Virus record (IMG/VR): IMGVR_UViG_3300003310_000099
Coordinates: 202,295 to 266,294 of that record
Strand: one strand, 5' to 3'
From: a virus
Lineage: Duplodnaviria > Heunggongvirae > Uroviricota > Caudoviricetes
DNA length: 64,000 nucleotides
Shown: positions 10,328-19,887 of the stretch, one piece after another
Layout of the letters: each line of letters starts with the position of its first letter
Position numbering within the stretch: the stretch's first letter is position 1
Translations under genes and position numbers: made by a program
The notes under the pieces: generated by a model
What the model saw: only the letters and a program-made list of their open reading frames with translations
Told to the model about the DNA's origin: nothing
Databases searched by the model: none

Positions 10328-11302
10328 ATGGACAATATGCTAATCCTATTGGATGAAATAAAAGAAAGCCTAATCAACAATTACACCAAATTTCCTAAAA
10401 CTATAAATAGGGAAATAAAAAAGATAGTTAACGGCTATGAACTAAGTTCAAGGCAATTAGAAGAACTTAATATTAGGCTCAGACCCTTGTTAGATAAAAT
10501 CAAGCAACAATACACTGATAACAAGGCAAATATTGTCAGTGAAATTGAATTGATTGTTAGTGAACATTTAGAGCGTAGCAAGGAGAAAACTGTTGATTTT
10601 GCTACATCTGTTGACTTTGATTTCAAGGGTTTTTGGCGTGGCAACTGGCATATTGAGCATGAAAACGCATTTGGTTGGGATAATGTGTTGGTAGTTAATG
10701 ACCCAACGCATGGCAGAGTTTTGCAGATATTGCATAAAAGTGCTACATCTTGTGCTAAAATAACACCAATCAATCCAGGTGGCTTACAGTTTTTTAACGT
10801 TTTCAAACAGAAATACGATCATTTGATATTGGAATATGGTGTAAAGTTCCAAGAAGGATTCAGATTTTGTCGTGGAGGAAGGCTCCCAGGGCTTTATGCT
10901 GGCGATATTACCAGTGAAGATCAAGTTCCTAATGGAACTAATGGCTTTTTAAGTAGGATAGGATGGACTAGCAATGGGTTTGGTGAATTAATTTTGAATT
11001 TACCTCCTGTTAATGGACAGAATAGTTGGCATTATACAGGTGGTGGCTGGAGATTTACTCCTGGTAAATGGCACACAATTCAACAAGAAATATACCTTAA
11101 CAAGGACAGTAAAGACGGTTATGCAAAGATAACATTTGATGACAAAAAGGTTATATTTATGCCTGATTTGTGTTTCAGGAACTCCGTTGATGTAAAGATC
11201 AAGGGTATTGCGTTTACTAATTATTATGGTGAAAATGATCCTTTGGCTACTTGTCCTGCTGACACTTGGATGGAATTTAGTTCTTTTAAAATCCTCACAT
11301 AA
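10328..11302 (+). CDS. Polysaccharide lyase (PL14-like)
   Basis: YGVKFQEGFRFCRGGRLPGLYAG, GFLSRIGW, GKWHTIQQEI resemble PL14 GGKLPGL signature. Confidence 0.7.
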   Translation: MDNMLILLDEIKESLINNYTKFPKTINREIKKIVNGYELSSRQLEELNIRLRPLLDKIKQQYTDNKANIVSEIELIVSEHLERSKEKTVDFATSVDFDFKGFWRGNWHIEHENAFGWDNVLVVNDPTHGRVLQILHKSATSCAKITPINPGGLQFFNVFKQKYDHLILEYGVKFQEGFRFCRGGRLPGLYAGDITSEDQVPNGTNGFLSRIGWTSNGFGELILNLPPVNGQNSWHYTGGGWRFTPGKWHTIQQEIYLNKDSKDGYAKITFDDKKVIFMPDLCFRNSVDVKIKGIAFTNYYGENDPLATCPADTWMEFSSFKILT

Positions 11303-11318
11303 TCTCTAAATATTCAAT

Positions 11319-12128
11319 ATGACAGCACAAGCAGTAACTGGAGTTGGTTCTGGGTCTTCGGAAGGACCACTAAGAGGATTTGACCTTGATAATATCCGTA
11401 GGGTTTATATCGACCAAAATGGCGAATTGCTACCATGTGTTTTCCTAATAGATGAGACAGGTCCACACACAGGCAAATGGGTTCTTCGTGCCGTTGGCGA
11501 TGGTCAGATTAAAATAGATGCAAGCGATGAAATCTCAGGCTACTTTTCAGATAAAATTATTCCTGGCACTGGTGTAGTCTTTGTAACCTCTCCTGGTCCA
11601 AATAAAACCATCACAATCAACACAACAATAGACGATCACAAGGTTCTTGTTGATGGTGCGGACGTTATTGCAGGCTTCCTTGACACTAAAATACTGGCTG
11701 GAACGAACATTACGTTCAGCACTTCTGCGGGTCCAAATAAAGCCATTACAATTAATAGCTTTGGACAACCAGTTCTTACAAGTGCTACTGTTTACAACTG
11801 TCCAGCTTCCGTTGCTGTAAACGATGCGGTTTATGCCACTATTGTCGATGATACTGTTGACCAAGCAAATGCCACATCTTTTGCAACTGCGCCTATAATA
11901 GGATTTGTTATTAGTAAGCCAACCGCTGTTACTTGCATGGTAGCTTATGCTGGTGAAATAACTGGATTTGTAGGATTATTGGCTGGAGAACAGTATTATC
12001 TTGACATTGTTAATGGTGCTATTACCACGGTTGTACCGAGTAGTCCAGGTAATATTGTGCAAAGAATAGGTACTGCCAGGAATTCGACTACTTTGGTAGC
12101 ATCCCTTGACGATTACACCGAACTCTAA
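11319..12128 (+). CDS. Putative virion structural protein with internal repeat
   Basis: Two ~37-aa repeats (GYFSDKI..GPNKTITIN / GFLDTKI..GPNKAITIN); C-terminal PSSPGNIVQRIG like 8819 protein. Confidence 0.55.
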   Translation: MTAQAVTGVGSGSSEGPLRGFDLDNIRRVYIDQNGELLPCVFLIDETGPHTGKWVLRAVGDGQIKIDASDEISGYFSDKIIPGTGVVFVTSPGPNKTITINTTIDDHKVLVDGADVIAGFLDTKILAGTNITFSTSAGPNKAITINSFGQPVLTSATVYNCPASVAVNDAVYATIVDDTVDQANATSFATAPIIGFVISKPTAVTCMVAYAGEITGFVGLLAGEQYYLDIVNGAITTVVPSSPGNIVQRIGTARNSTTLVASLDDYTEL

Positions 12129-12418
12129 GCAATCTTGGTCAAAGTGTGACCAATTAGGTCTAAATTCCATTGCCCTTCATTCGGATTGTCTATATTCACG
12201 CCTTTACTGCGTGCAATTGCTTTAGCTTCTTCAACATACTCATTGGTTAGTTTATCAATATTACTACTGAGGTTCCTCAAATTGTCTTCCTGGGTCTTCA
12301 AATTGATATAGGCATCAGCTAATGCTATCTTCGTGGCGTTGATTTTTTCTTGCATAGCTAGAATTTTTGCCAAATCATCCTGGCTTAAAGCAAACTTACT
12401 TTTAGTTTTTTTACTCAT
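12125..12418 (-). CDS. coiled-coil hypothetical protein
   Basis: Heptad-like sequence; TACTAT-N8-ATG upstream. Confidence 0.6.
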   Translation of the reverse strand: MSKKTKSKFALSQDDLAKILAMQEKINATKIALADAYINLKTQEDNLRNLSSNIDKLTNEYVEEAKAIARSKGVNIDNPNEGQWNLDLIGHTLTKIA

Positions 12419-12458
12419 GATATAAAATAGTAATCTATATAATTAAAAGGAGTAAAAA

Positions 12459-12626
12459 ATGTGCTGTGGAAGAAAAACACCAAGAAAAGCTGGTAAACGA
12501 AGTCAGTTAATAAAAAAACCACAACAGAGCGAGAACAGCCCTGTTGTGGTTCCAGAAGTGCCTGAACAACCAAGGCAAGAACCTGAATATAATAAACCAG
12601 AAGAACAAAAGCAAGGGGAAATCTAA
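12459..12626 (+). CDS. small hypothetical protein (MCCGRK..., 55 aa)
   Basis: AAGGAG SD; TAA abuts ATG 12627. Confidence 0.55.
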   Translation: MCCGRKTPRKAGKRSQLIKKPQQSENSPVVVPEVPEQPRQEPEYNKPEEQKQGEI

Positions 12627-14768
12627 ATGCATTGGTTCAATTTCTCATTCCGTGATTGGGTGCTGGCTGAAGGTGTAAACACTAATCTTCTGACTGCGCA
12701 ATATAAGAAAAGATTCCCACAAGCCACAGAAGAAGAAATTGCCGAGAAAATCCAGTTAGCCGTAGCTGCCGATCCGACTCCTAATAAACAATATGTTACT
12801 TGGATTTTCAGGGAATTGCTCAACAACAGAATGCGTCTCCCCGAAGATTCCCCTGTTACCCTACAACAATTAGCAATATTTGATAAAAGCAAACCCGCTC
12901 TCAAAAGATTAGGTAAAGAAGTCGATATAACCAAATATGATCGTCCAACCCTCTGGAAGACCTTGAGTGAACTAGGAGGTGTAACTAGCAAGCGTGCCGA
13001 AGCTGCTAAAGTTAAACAAGAAGGTGCGGAAAAGATATATGAAGATGATGAATGGTTAGTAATTAAAATGACCAAACCAGAAGCTTGTACTTATTATGCA
13101 AGAGGGACCAAATGGTGTACTTCCAATGCAGAAGTTGCTTCAGGGTATTTGGATGAAGGTCCATTATTCATGATTTATCGCAATGGGCAAGTATATGCAC
13201 AGGCTCATGTCGAGAGTGGGCAGCTAATGGACCCAGAAGACGTGCCAATTCCTCCAGGTAAAGTGCCAGAAAAATTAAGAGACATTATTAAACAGCATGT
13301 TCCTGTTGACGATGAATATAAAGGGAAAAGGAATGAATTATTCGGCATTAAGGAAAAAGTAATTGAATATCCAGATGGATTTTATTGGGGAACATCAAAC
13401 CATAAAGACTTCTTATTAATCGCCCCAAGTGGTGAGGAAGAAGTATTTTTAAGAAACGTAGATGGTACTGTGTGGGTTGATCGACCAAAGGACAAAACGC
13501 TTGAAGGTATCATGGATCGTAAGGGCGATTGGAAAAAGAACCTGGAAGAATATAAGCATTCTTCTAATTGGAATAAGTATATTGTTGACTTTATTCTTAA
13601 AAATAAGTCTATAACACACATTAATCCTCTGCAAACTACCTGGAATTTAGGTGATCTATCTGAGGAAGATAGGAATACGTTGTTCACTGCTAGACAAGAT
13701 TTAATGCCACCAATTGAGATGAAAACAGATGGTTATTTGTGGACGGCTCTTGGGCTTGGTAGCTACGTTCTATTAGATAAATGGTATCCAACTCTATCTA
13801 TGCAGATGGACAACGACGGAAACTTATCTTATGGAAATTGGTTAAATAAATCTCAATCTAAGATACTCAATGATGAGAAATTTGATAAATCTAAATACAG
13901 TCTTGCTACGGCTCAATTCTTGATAAGAAACAATATAGAACATTATCCTAGAGATAACCGCACTAGACACTATAACTCCTGGGAGTTCAAGGACTTGCTG
14001 CCAGAGCATCAAGCAATGGTTTTGCAGAAATTCCCACATTTTAATGATGACTTAGTTTATCATCAAAAGCAGTCAACGGATCAAAAAGAATTATTAAAGA
14101 GATTAGGTTCATCGAGTGGTTTGTATGACATGCAGTCACTGGATGAGAAAACAGTGATACTAAGACCATACGATACTTTAAGTGCGGAGAAAATAGGTGA
14201 TACCAGGCACACGCATGACCTATTCGGCAGCAATTACGAAGAAAAGGACAGGATTAAAAAGCTGCTTTACAACAAGATAAATGGGTATGGAGATGGTAGT
14301 ATAGGTTGGGAATTTGAGCAAGATTTCAAAAATGGTAATTTGGACAAAATTAAAGAAAACCTTCCATTCTTGGACACGGAACTATTGAAAGGTGCAGACC
14401 CGAAAAGCTATACGGTTGCCAATTCATTGGCTAACGCTGTAGGTAAACACGTTATGCGTGAATTTATGAAAATATTGTATAATGATTTGAAACCTTTTGA
14501 AAATGATAAATTTAAGATCGTGTTAAAGGATGATAACATTTACTTTGTGACAGATTATGATAATGTTATCAATTATTACAAACAAGAAAAGAACTTGAAG
14601 TCATTGGAGGAAGAATATAAGAAGTGGCATAAGAGTATAAAGATTCCATTTGAGACGCTTGAGCAACAAATAGTGGCGATACCTAGAGAGGTGGATAAGG
14701 AAGATTTCGTTAAAAATCTAAACAGCGATAAATATTATCAAAAGAATAAATACAGTTTTTCAAACTAA
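12627..14768 (+). CDS. Large hypothetical protein, possible internal head protein
   Basis: 713 aa; N-terminal FRDWVLAE; YYARGTKWCTS motif. Confidence 0.55.
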   Translation: MHWFNFSFRDWVLAEGVNTNLLTAQYKKRFPQATEEEIAEKIQLAVAADPTPNKQYVTWIFRELLNNRMRLPEDSPVTLQQLAIFDKSKPALKRLGKEVDITKYDRPTLWKTLSELGGVTSKRAEAAKVKQEGAEKIYEDDEWLVIKMTKPEACTYYARGTKWCTSNAEVASGYLDEGPLFMIYRNGQVYAQAHVESGQLMDPEDVPIPPGKVPEKLRDIIKQHVPVDDEYKGKRNELFGIKEKVIEYPDGFYWGTSNHKDFLLIAPSGEEEVFLRNVDGTVWVDRPKDKTLEGIMDRKGDWKKNLEEYKHSSNWNKYIVDFILKNKSITHINPLQTTWNLGDLSEEDRNTLFTARQDLMPPIEMKTDGYLWTALGLGSYVLLDKWYPTLSMQMDNDGNLSYGNWLNKSQSKILNDEKFDKSKYSLATAQFLIRNNIEHYPRDNRTRHYNSWEFKDLLPEHQAMVLQKFPHFNDDLVYHQKQSTDQKELLKRLGSSSGLYDMQSLDEKTVILRPYDTLSAEKIGDTRHTHDLFGSNYEEKDRIKKLLYNKINGYGDGSIGWEFEQDFKNGNLDKIKENLPFLDTELLKGADPKSYTVANSLANAVGKHVMREFMKILYNDLKPFENDKFKIVLKDDNIYFVTDYDNVINYYKQEKNLKSLEEEYKKWHKSIKIPFETLEQQIVAIPREVDKEDFVKNLNSDKYYQKNKYSFSN

Positions 14769-14770
14769 AT

Positions 14771-15637
14771 ATGGATGTGTTAAATTTTAGTAAATGGTTT
14801 CTGAATGAAATGCCCATACAGGTCAAGACTTTGGGCAATTGGGAGGATAAAGACAAGCGATATCGCTGGGACAAGCCTAGTATTGGTATTTTAACCAATC
14901 CAGTTGGTGTTCAGAAAATTGTTCAAAAATGGAGCAGACTTCCTCAACAGTTTAATGCGTGGATGTTAAAGGGTCCAGGTGCTTCAAAATATATTGAAAT
15001 GGGTCAAGTAGATGAGTCATTTCTAACAAACAATCTAAAATTAAAAATAGTACCAAATCCTACTAAACCTGATGAAATTAATATCGACCCTAACGCTATA
15101 AACGTCATTTATACGCAGAATATAGGCAATGAGAAAATGCCAATGAATTATTGGACTATAGCTCACAGGTTCGGTCATACGGTCAGAAGACAAAATCAAA
15201 CTTGGGATTATTTTACCAGAGAATTAGAAAAAGATATTTTAACATTAATGCAAAATGTTTTCGGTAGAAAACCAACGAAAGAAGGTATGTACGGGCAATT
15301 CTATAATTCTAAAGGCAGGCAATTTCTTAAACAGTTTGCTAACGCATTAGGTACTATGGGTTCAGCAAGAAAAGGTCAATTAAGGGATTTTGGTGAATTT
15401 CCATATGAATTATTGGCACAGTATATGCTAACTGGTAAAATTACTTTCAATAAATTACCATTTAAGATCGTGGACAGGTATGCTTGGGGTAATCCACAGC
15501 ACATTCGTCCTCAGTGGGCATTAAAACAAGATGATTTTGAACAATGGAACGAATTCATCGTACACATGGAAGAAAAGTATCAGCAATTGTTGGAAGAAAT
15601 ACTAGAATCTTCTGTAGGCAAAATATTTATTATGTAA
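14771..15637 (+). CDS. hypothetical protein, possible internal head protein
   Basis: N-terminal FSKWFLNE; AHRFGH (HxxxH) and downstream YELLAQ. Confidence 0.55.
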   Translation: MDVLNFSKWFLNEMPIQVKTLGNWEDKDKRYRWDKPSIGILTNPVGVQKIVQKWSRLPQQFNAWMLKGPGASKYIEMGQVDESFLTNNLKLKIVPNPTKPDEINIDPNAINVIYTQNIGNEKMPMNYWTIAHRFGHTVRRQNQTWDYFTRELEKDILTLMQNVFGRKPTKEGMYGQFYNSKGRQFLKQFANALGTMGSARKGQLRDFGEFPYELLAQYMLTGKITFNKLPFKIVDRYAWGNPQHIRPQWALKQDDFEQWNEFIVHMEEKYQQLLEEILESSVGKIFIM

Positions 15638-15697
15638 TCAATCTACCATACGCTGTACATTTCTTTTTTGATCTGAATATATACGGTGGAGGAAATC

Positions 15698-15931
15698 ATG
15701 CAAAAACTAGTTACCAGAGTTGCTTTGTGTAGGCTCGGCGTCAGACTCTTTGAAAATGAGGTAAATGCTTATCTAGCAGATGGTTGGGACTTAGAAGAAT
15801 ATGATGTTGAGCCACATTTTTTACGAATTGTTTGCTCTGCACTCCTTGAAAAAGAAGATTGTTCTTGTGATTGCTGCAAGGATATCTGCAAATGCTGCTG
15901 TACTTGTTGCAAGACGCACAGTGAAGAGTAA
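15698..15931 (+). CDS. small protein with Cys-rich C-terminus
   Basis: GGAGG SD; CSCDCCKDICKCCCTCC tail. Confidence 0.55.
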   Translation: MQKLVTRVALCRLGVRLFENEVNAYLADGWDLEEYDVEPHFLRIVCSALLEKEDCSCDCCKDICKCCCTCCKTHSEE

Positions 15932-15937
15932 TTCAGC

Positions 15938-15965
15938 TTTACAAATCTACGGTTTGTGCTATAGT
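15938..15965 (+). promoter_or_regulatory. sigma70-like promoter
   Basis: TTTACA-N16-TATAGT. Confidence 0.55.
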
Positions 15966-16155
15966 AAATAGGATGAAACCTAATCCTTGGTATTTTGCTG
16001 GCATTGTTGTTGGTGTAGTGAACCTGCTGGTCGCTTGTATAGGTGCTGCCATGTATGGCATCTATTACAATGCTATGTGGGTGCATAGTCTTATTCTAGC
16101 AATTGCGGCGGTATGGGTATGGGCACTTCGGCCCTATAAAAAATAACTGAGGATA

Positions 16156-16171
16156 GCTTAGCTGTACCGAG
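16156..16171 (+). repeat. Dispersed element copy 1
   Basis: GCTTAGCTGTACCGAG. Confidence 0.9.
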
Positions 16172-16360
16172 GAAATTGAAAATGGCGAAATCGAATGGTC
16201 CAAGTGACGCAAGTTTTGCAGTAGCAATGTTAATGTTTGGAGTAATCGGGGCTTTAATTGGATTCGGCACTCAGGGTACTTTACAAGGTGCCTGCTTGGG
16301 TGCAGGGGTTGGGGCATTGGTGCCAGTTGTACTTTTAATTTTTAGTGGGATGCCTTGAAA

Positions 16361-16377
16361 GCTTAGCTGTACCGAGT
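16361..16377 (+). repeat. Dispersed element copy 2 (before rIIB)
   Basis: GCTTAGCTGTACCGAGT. Confidence 0.9.
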
Positions 16378-16414
16378 GATTTGTTCTGAAACCTACAAAC
16401 AAGGGAGAAGTTAA

Positions 16415-17356
16415 ATGATTCCTGGTGGCGTTATTGTCTCGGACTCTGGTGTTATCACAGTCTCGGTCAGTGGCAAGCTTTATTCGTTTGCCAGGGACCA
16501 CATGAATTACAATCTGGTCAAGGAAGCTCTGAAGGACAATAAGCTGGAGAATATTCCCAAGTTGGCGGATATTCCCAAGTCTATTCAAGAGTTCACTGGT
16601 TCCAATGTCACTGTTGTCAATGGCAACATTCTTTATAAGAATAAGCCGCTTGAGAACAGTTTGACACGGCGAATCCTTGCCCTTATGAATGAGGGTTTCC
16701 CATTCGCTCCGATGCTCAAGTTCCTTGAGAATTTGATGCAGAATCCGAGTTGCCATTCTGTACGGGAACTTTATAATTTCCTGGTACACCGCAACTTGCC
16801 GATTACTGAGGATGGGTGCTTCTTGGCTTATAAGTCTGTGCGCCCAGACTATATGGATTGGCATTCCAACAGTGTTCTCAATTCGGTTGGTGCAACCATT
16901 CCGCCGATTGAGCGCAATGAAGTTGATGATAATTGGCGTCTCGACTGTAGCTCAGGCTACCATGTCGGTGCTATGGAATATGTCGATAATTTCCACCGTC
17001 ATGATGGGCACATCATGATTGTGAAGGTTAATCCGAAGGACGTGGTTAGCGTTCCCGAAGGGGAATGTACCAAGTGCCGTGTGTGCTGGTATGAAGTTGT
17101 GGGCGAAATGCAGGAAGAGGAATTGGTGCGTCCCGTCTACGCTACTACTCCTACATCCTATCAGCCTTCCGTCCCTAACAGCATCACCCAACAAGATGAA
17201 GGCGGCTGGCCCAATGATATCGTTGCTGATGACGACGACGATGACGAAGATGAATGGGGCGACGACGATGACGATGGTGGTTGGCCCGAAGATGACGAAG
17301 ACGATGACGAAGAATATGAAGAAGATGACGATGAGTACGGTCCCGTCGAACCGTAG
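16415..17356 (+). CDS. rIIB: rIIB-like protein with acidic tail
   Basis: NPS..SVRELYNFL...ITEDGCFLAYKSVR, CSSGYHVG, VKVNPKDVVSVP. Confidence 0.85.
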   Translation: MIPGGVIVSDSGVITVSVSGKLYSFARDHMNYNLVKEALKDNKLENIPKLADIPKSIQEFTGSNVTVVNGNILYKNKPLENSLTRRILALMNEGFPFAPMLKFLENLMQNPSCHSVRELYNFLVHRNLPITEDGCFLAYKSVRPDYMDWHSNSVLNSVGATIPPIERNEVDDNWRLDCSSGYHVGAMEYVDNFHRHDGHIMIVKVNPKDVVSVPEGECTKCRVCWYEVVGEMQEEELVRPVYATTPTSYQPSVPNSITQQDEGGWPNDIVADDDDDDEDEWGDDDDDGGWPEDDEDDDEEYEEDDDEYGPVEP

Positions 17357-17372
17357 TCAGTAAGTGTTAATT

Positions 17373-17414
17373 AACAAATAGGGACTAGGAGTTAAATTCT
17401 AGTCCCTATTTGTT
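17373..17414 (+). terminator. Rho-independent terminator-like hairpin after rIIB
   Basis: AACAAATAGGGACTAG / CTAGTCCCTATTTGTT 16-bp stem. Confidence 0.7.
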
Positions 17415-17644
17415 TTGGAGCAAATCATGAAGCTTACAAAAGCGATGGTGATTCTTAGCTCTGCATGTGATAAAGTAATCATTGAAACCGATTTTCCATG
17501 TCCGTATGTTGTGGCTTTTGCACCAAAGCAGCAACCCCTCTCGATTATGTTTGATGCAACTTATGATACGGGTGTTCAGTATGTTCGTGACAATTTTGGA
17601 TTAGAGCCAGAAATCGTGAATACGCGACTGTACAATAAGTGATA

Positions 17645-17661
17645 CCTTAGCTGTACCTAGT
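17645..17661 (+). repeat. Dispersed element copy 3 (before rIIA)
   Basis: CCTTAGCTGTACCTAGT. Confidence 0.9.
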
Positions 17662-17707
17662 AATTTGTTGACGAGTGAGAACAACTGTTTAACTGGAGTA
17701 AATAAAC

Positions 17708-19825
17708 ATGAAGCTTGAAGACAAGGTTGGCAACGTTTCGATTTCCGCTGGTATCAAGGTCACGAATTTCCGTCTCAAGGTTAATAAGCATTCTTTTAAG
17801 CAGCTTTACAGTGGTCTTTACAGCGATAAGATTCACGCAATCATCCGTGAATTGGCTACGAATGCTGCGGATTCGCATGTTTCTGCTGGTCGTGCTGACG
17901 TTCCTTTCGAGGTCCATCTTCCGAGTGAACTGGAACCGTTTTTCTATATTAAGGATTTCGGTACTGGTCTTTCCCCCGAACAAATTGACGGTGAAAACGG
18001 TATCTACATTACTTTCTTTGAATCTGATAAGGCCCATAGTGACGATTTCACTGGTTGTCTTGGTCTAGGTTCCAAGTCGCCGTTTGCTTATACTGACAAC
18101 TTTATGGTGGAAAGTCGCCATAATGGTAAGAAGTACAATTACGTCTGCCTTCACAATGAGGCTGGTGAACCGTGTATCGCGCCGATGGGTGAATGCGATA
18201 CTGATGAACCGAATGGGTTGAAGGTGGAATTTGCGGTCAAGACGGAAGATTTCCATAAGTTCCACGGCAAGGCTGAGGAAGTGCTTAGTTGGTTTAAGGT
18301 TAAGCCGACTGTCTTCGGTCGTGATTTTGAGTTTAAGAAGCACGAATATCTCCGTAGTACGGAACGGTATGGAGTGTGCAAGAATAATCGTGGTCATTCT
18401 ACGGTTGTCATGGGCAATGTTGCTTATGATGTTCATGCTACTGATTTCAGTTATAGTAAGCTTAGCGATGTTGAGCGACAGGTGATTGAGTGGGGTGTCG
18501 ATCTTTTCGTGGATATTGGGGACGTGGAATTCGTTCCTAGTCGTGAAAAGTTGGCGATGACTGATAAGACGGTTGTTGGCGTCCGCAAGTATTTGGGGGA
18601 CGCTATCAAGTCGATTCAGGAAGAATTGGAACTCCAGGTGCAGAAGGCACCAACTGTTTGGCAGGCACGCCGAATGCTTCACGATATCAAGCATTCGATC
18701 TTGGGCAAGGTCCGTAGTATGACTACGGTAATGTATCAGGGCGAAGAAATTTCTGAATACATTAGTTTGAACAAGCTTTATGAGGCTGAAGATGTAGCCA
18801 AGCCGAAGTTTGAATCCTTTTCTTTGAAGAAGGAAAACTATCGTCGGGCTGACGAAAACACCATCTATTGCGATGGTACGGTTATCTATCTGAATGATCT
18901 GGAGCATGGTGGTTATGCTCGTATCAATCAGCATCTTCGCAATAATAGTTACAAAAGGGGCTTCTGCGTAAGCAATGCGACCAAGGAATTCCTTGATAAG
19001 ACTGGTATCGGGGAAGTTGCCATTCTTACTTCTAGTCTGCCGAAGCAAGAACGCCAGAAGCGGGAACGGGTTGAGGGTGAATCTTCTGGTTATGTCAAGC
19101 GGACGCTGTTGCAGGAATACGTTCCTAGTGGCAACAGCTATGCTGGTAACTGGTGGCAGGATATTGAAGTCGATCTTGAAGAGGGTGGTGTTTATGTCGT
19201 AGTGTCTTACGGGCAGGTGGTTGAAGGTGATGGCAAGCGTTCTCCGCAAGACATTCGTTATAAGTACAACCTCATGAAGACGCTTAATCCCGATTTCAAG
19301 TTGCTGGCCATTCGGCCCGCTCACTTGGAAAAGATGGGCAAGCACGCGCACAAGTGGATTAAGTTTGACGATTATGCCAATGTTCTCTTGAAGGAGAAGG
19401 AAAAGTACGCTGAAGTGGCATTGGCATATTTGCAGCACAATGAAGTCGAGAACAAGGATCGTTACGAATTCTTTTTCAAGACCACTTTCGAGGATTATTC
19501 CTTGTTTGGTGATTTTCTTGAGAAATTGAAGGCTGCTCGGATTCATAAGGATAACGCAATCGCAGCAGCGTATGCTGAGTTGGACGGTCATTGCACGGTT
19601 AAGTGTCCTCTTTTGACGAAGAGGAATGCACTTGAACACATGCGTAATTCGATTGAGAAGGCATATCCTCTGCTTTCTAAGTTGGATTGGTGGAATGTTC
19701 GGAATGGTAATGTTGAGGATATTGCGGATTATATCCGTGCGATGGATGATCGTCGCATGGATAACATTGTGGCTCATCGACCTGCCGTTCGAGAAGCGGA
19801 GGTCCATTTAGAAGAGGCGGTTTAA
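17708..19825 (+). CDS. rIIA: rIIA-like protein (GHKL ATPase N-domain)
   Basis: LYSDKIHAIIRELATNAADSH, DFGTGLS, GLGSKSPFAYTD, FVPSREKL. Confidence 0.85.
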   Translation: MKLEDKVGNVSISAGIKVTNFRLKVNKHSFKQLYSGLYSDKIHAIIRELATNAADSHVSAGRADVPFEVHLPSELEPFFYIKDFGTGLSPEQIDGENGIYITFFESDKAHSDDFTGCLGLGSKSPFAYTDNFMVESRHNGKKYNYVCLHNEAGEPCIAPMGECDTDEPNGLKVEFAVKTEDFHKFHGKAEEVLSWFKVKPTVFGRDFEFKKHEYLRSTERYGVCKNNRGHSTVVMGNVAYDVHATDFSYSKLSDVERQVIEWGVDLFVDIGDVEFVPSREKLAMTDKTVVGVRKYLGDAIKSIQEELELQVQKAPTVWQARRMLHDIKHSILGKVRSMTTVMYQGEEISEYISLNKLYEAEDVAKPKFESFSLKKENYRRADENTIYCDGTVIYLNDLEHGGYARINQHLRNNSYKRGFCVSNATKEFLDKTGIGEVAILTSSLPKQERQKRERVEGESSGYVKRTLLQEYVPSGNSYAGNWWQDIEVDLEEGGVYVVVSYGQVVEGDGKRSPQDIRYKYNLMKTLNPDFKLLAIRPAHLEKMGKHAHKWIKFDDYANVLLKEKEKYAEVALAYLQHNEVENKDRYEFFFKTTFEDYSLFGDFLEKLKAARIHKDNAIAAAYAELDGHCTVKCPLLTKRNALEHMRNSIEKAYPLLSKLDWWNVRNGNVEDIADYIRAMDDRRMDNIVAHRPAVREAEVHLEEAV

Positions 19826-19887
19826 TATGCGTGATGACATGGCGAAAATTAAATATTTTTACTATATAGATAACATGGAGGTTATCT

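Noticed and set aside
12032-12047. 16-nt identity (TGTACCGAGTAGTCCA) with element copy 9 and its flank
   Set aside because: Inside a CDS, lacks the CTTAGC half; one 16-mer match within 64 kb is plausible by chance.
17230-17340. GAC/GAT/GAA trinucleotide-like repeats
   Set aside because: They encode the acidic tail of rIIB and are not an independent repeat element.
18065-19807. 580-aa ORF on the - strand
   Set aside because: Antisense shadow of rIIA, explained by its codon bias; no protein-like motifs.
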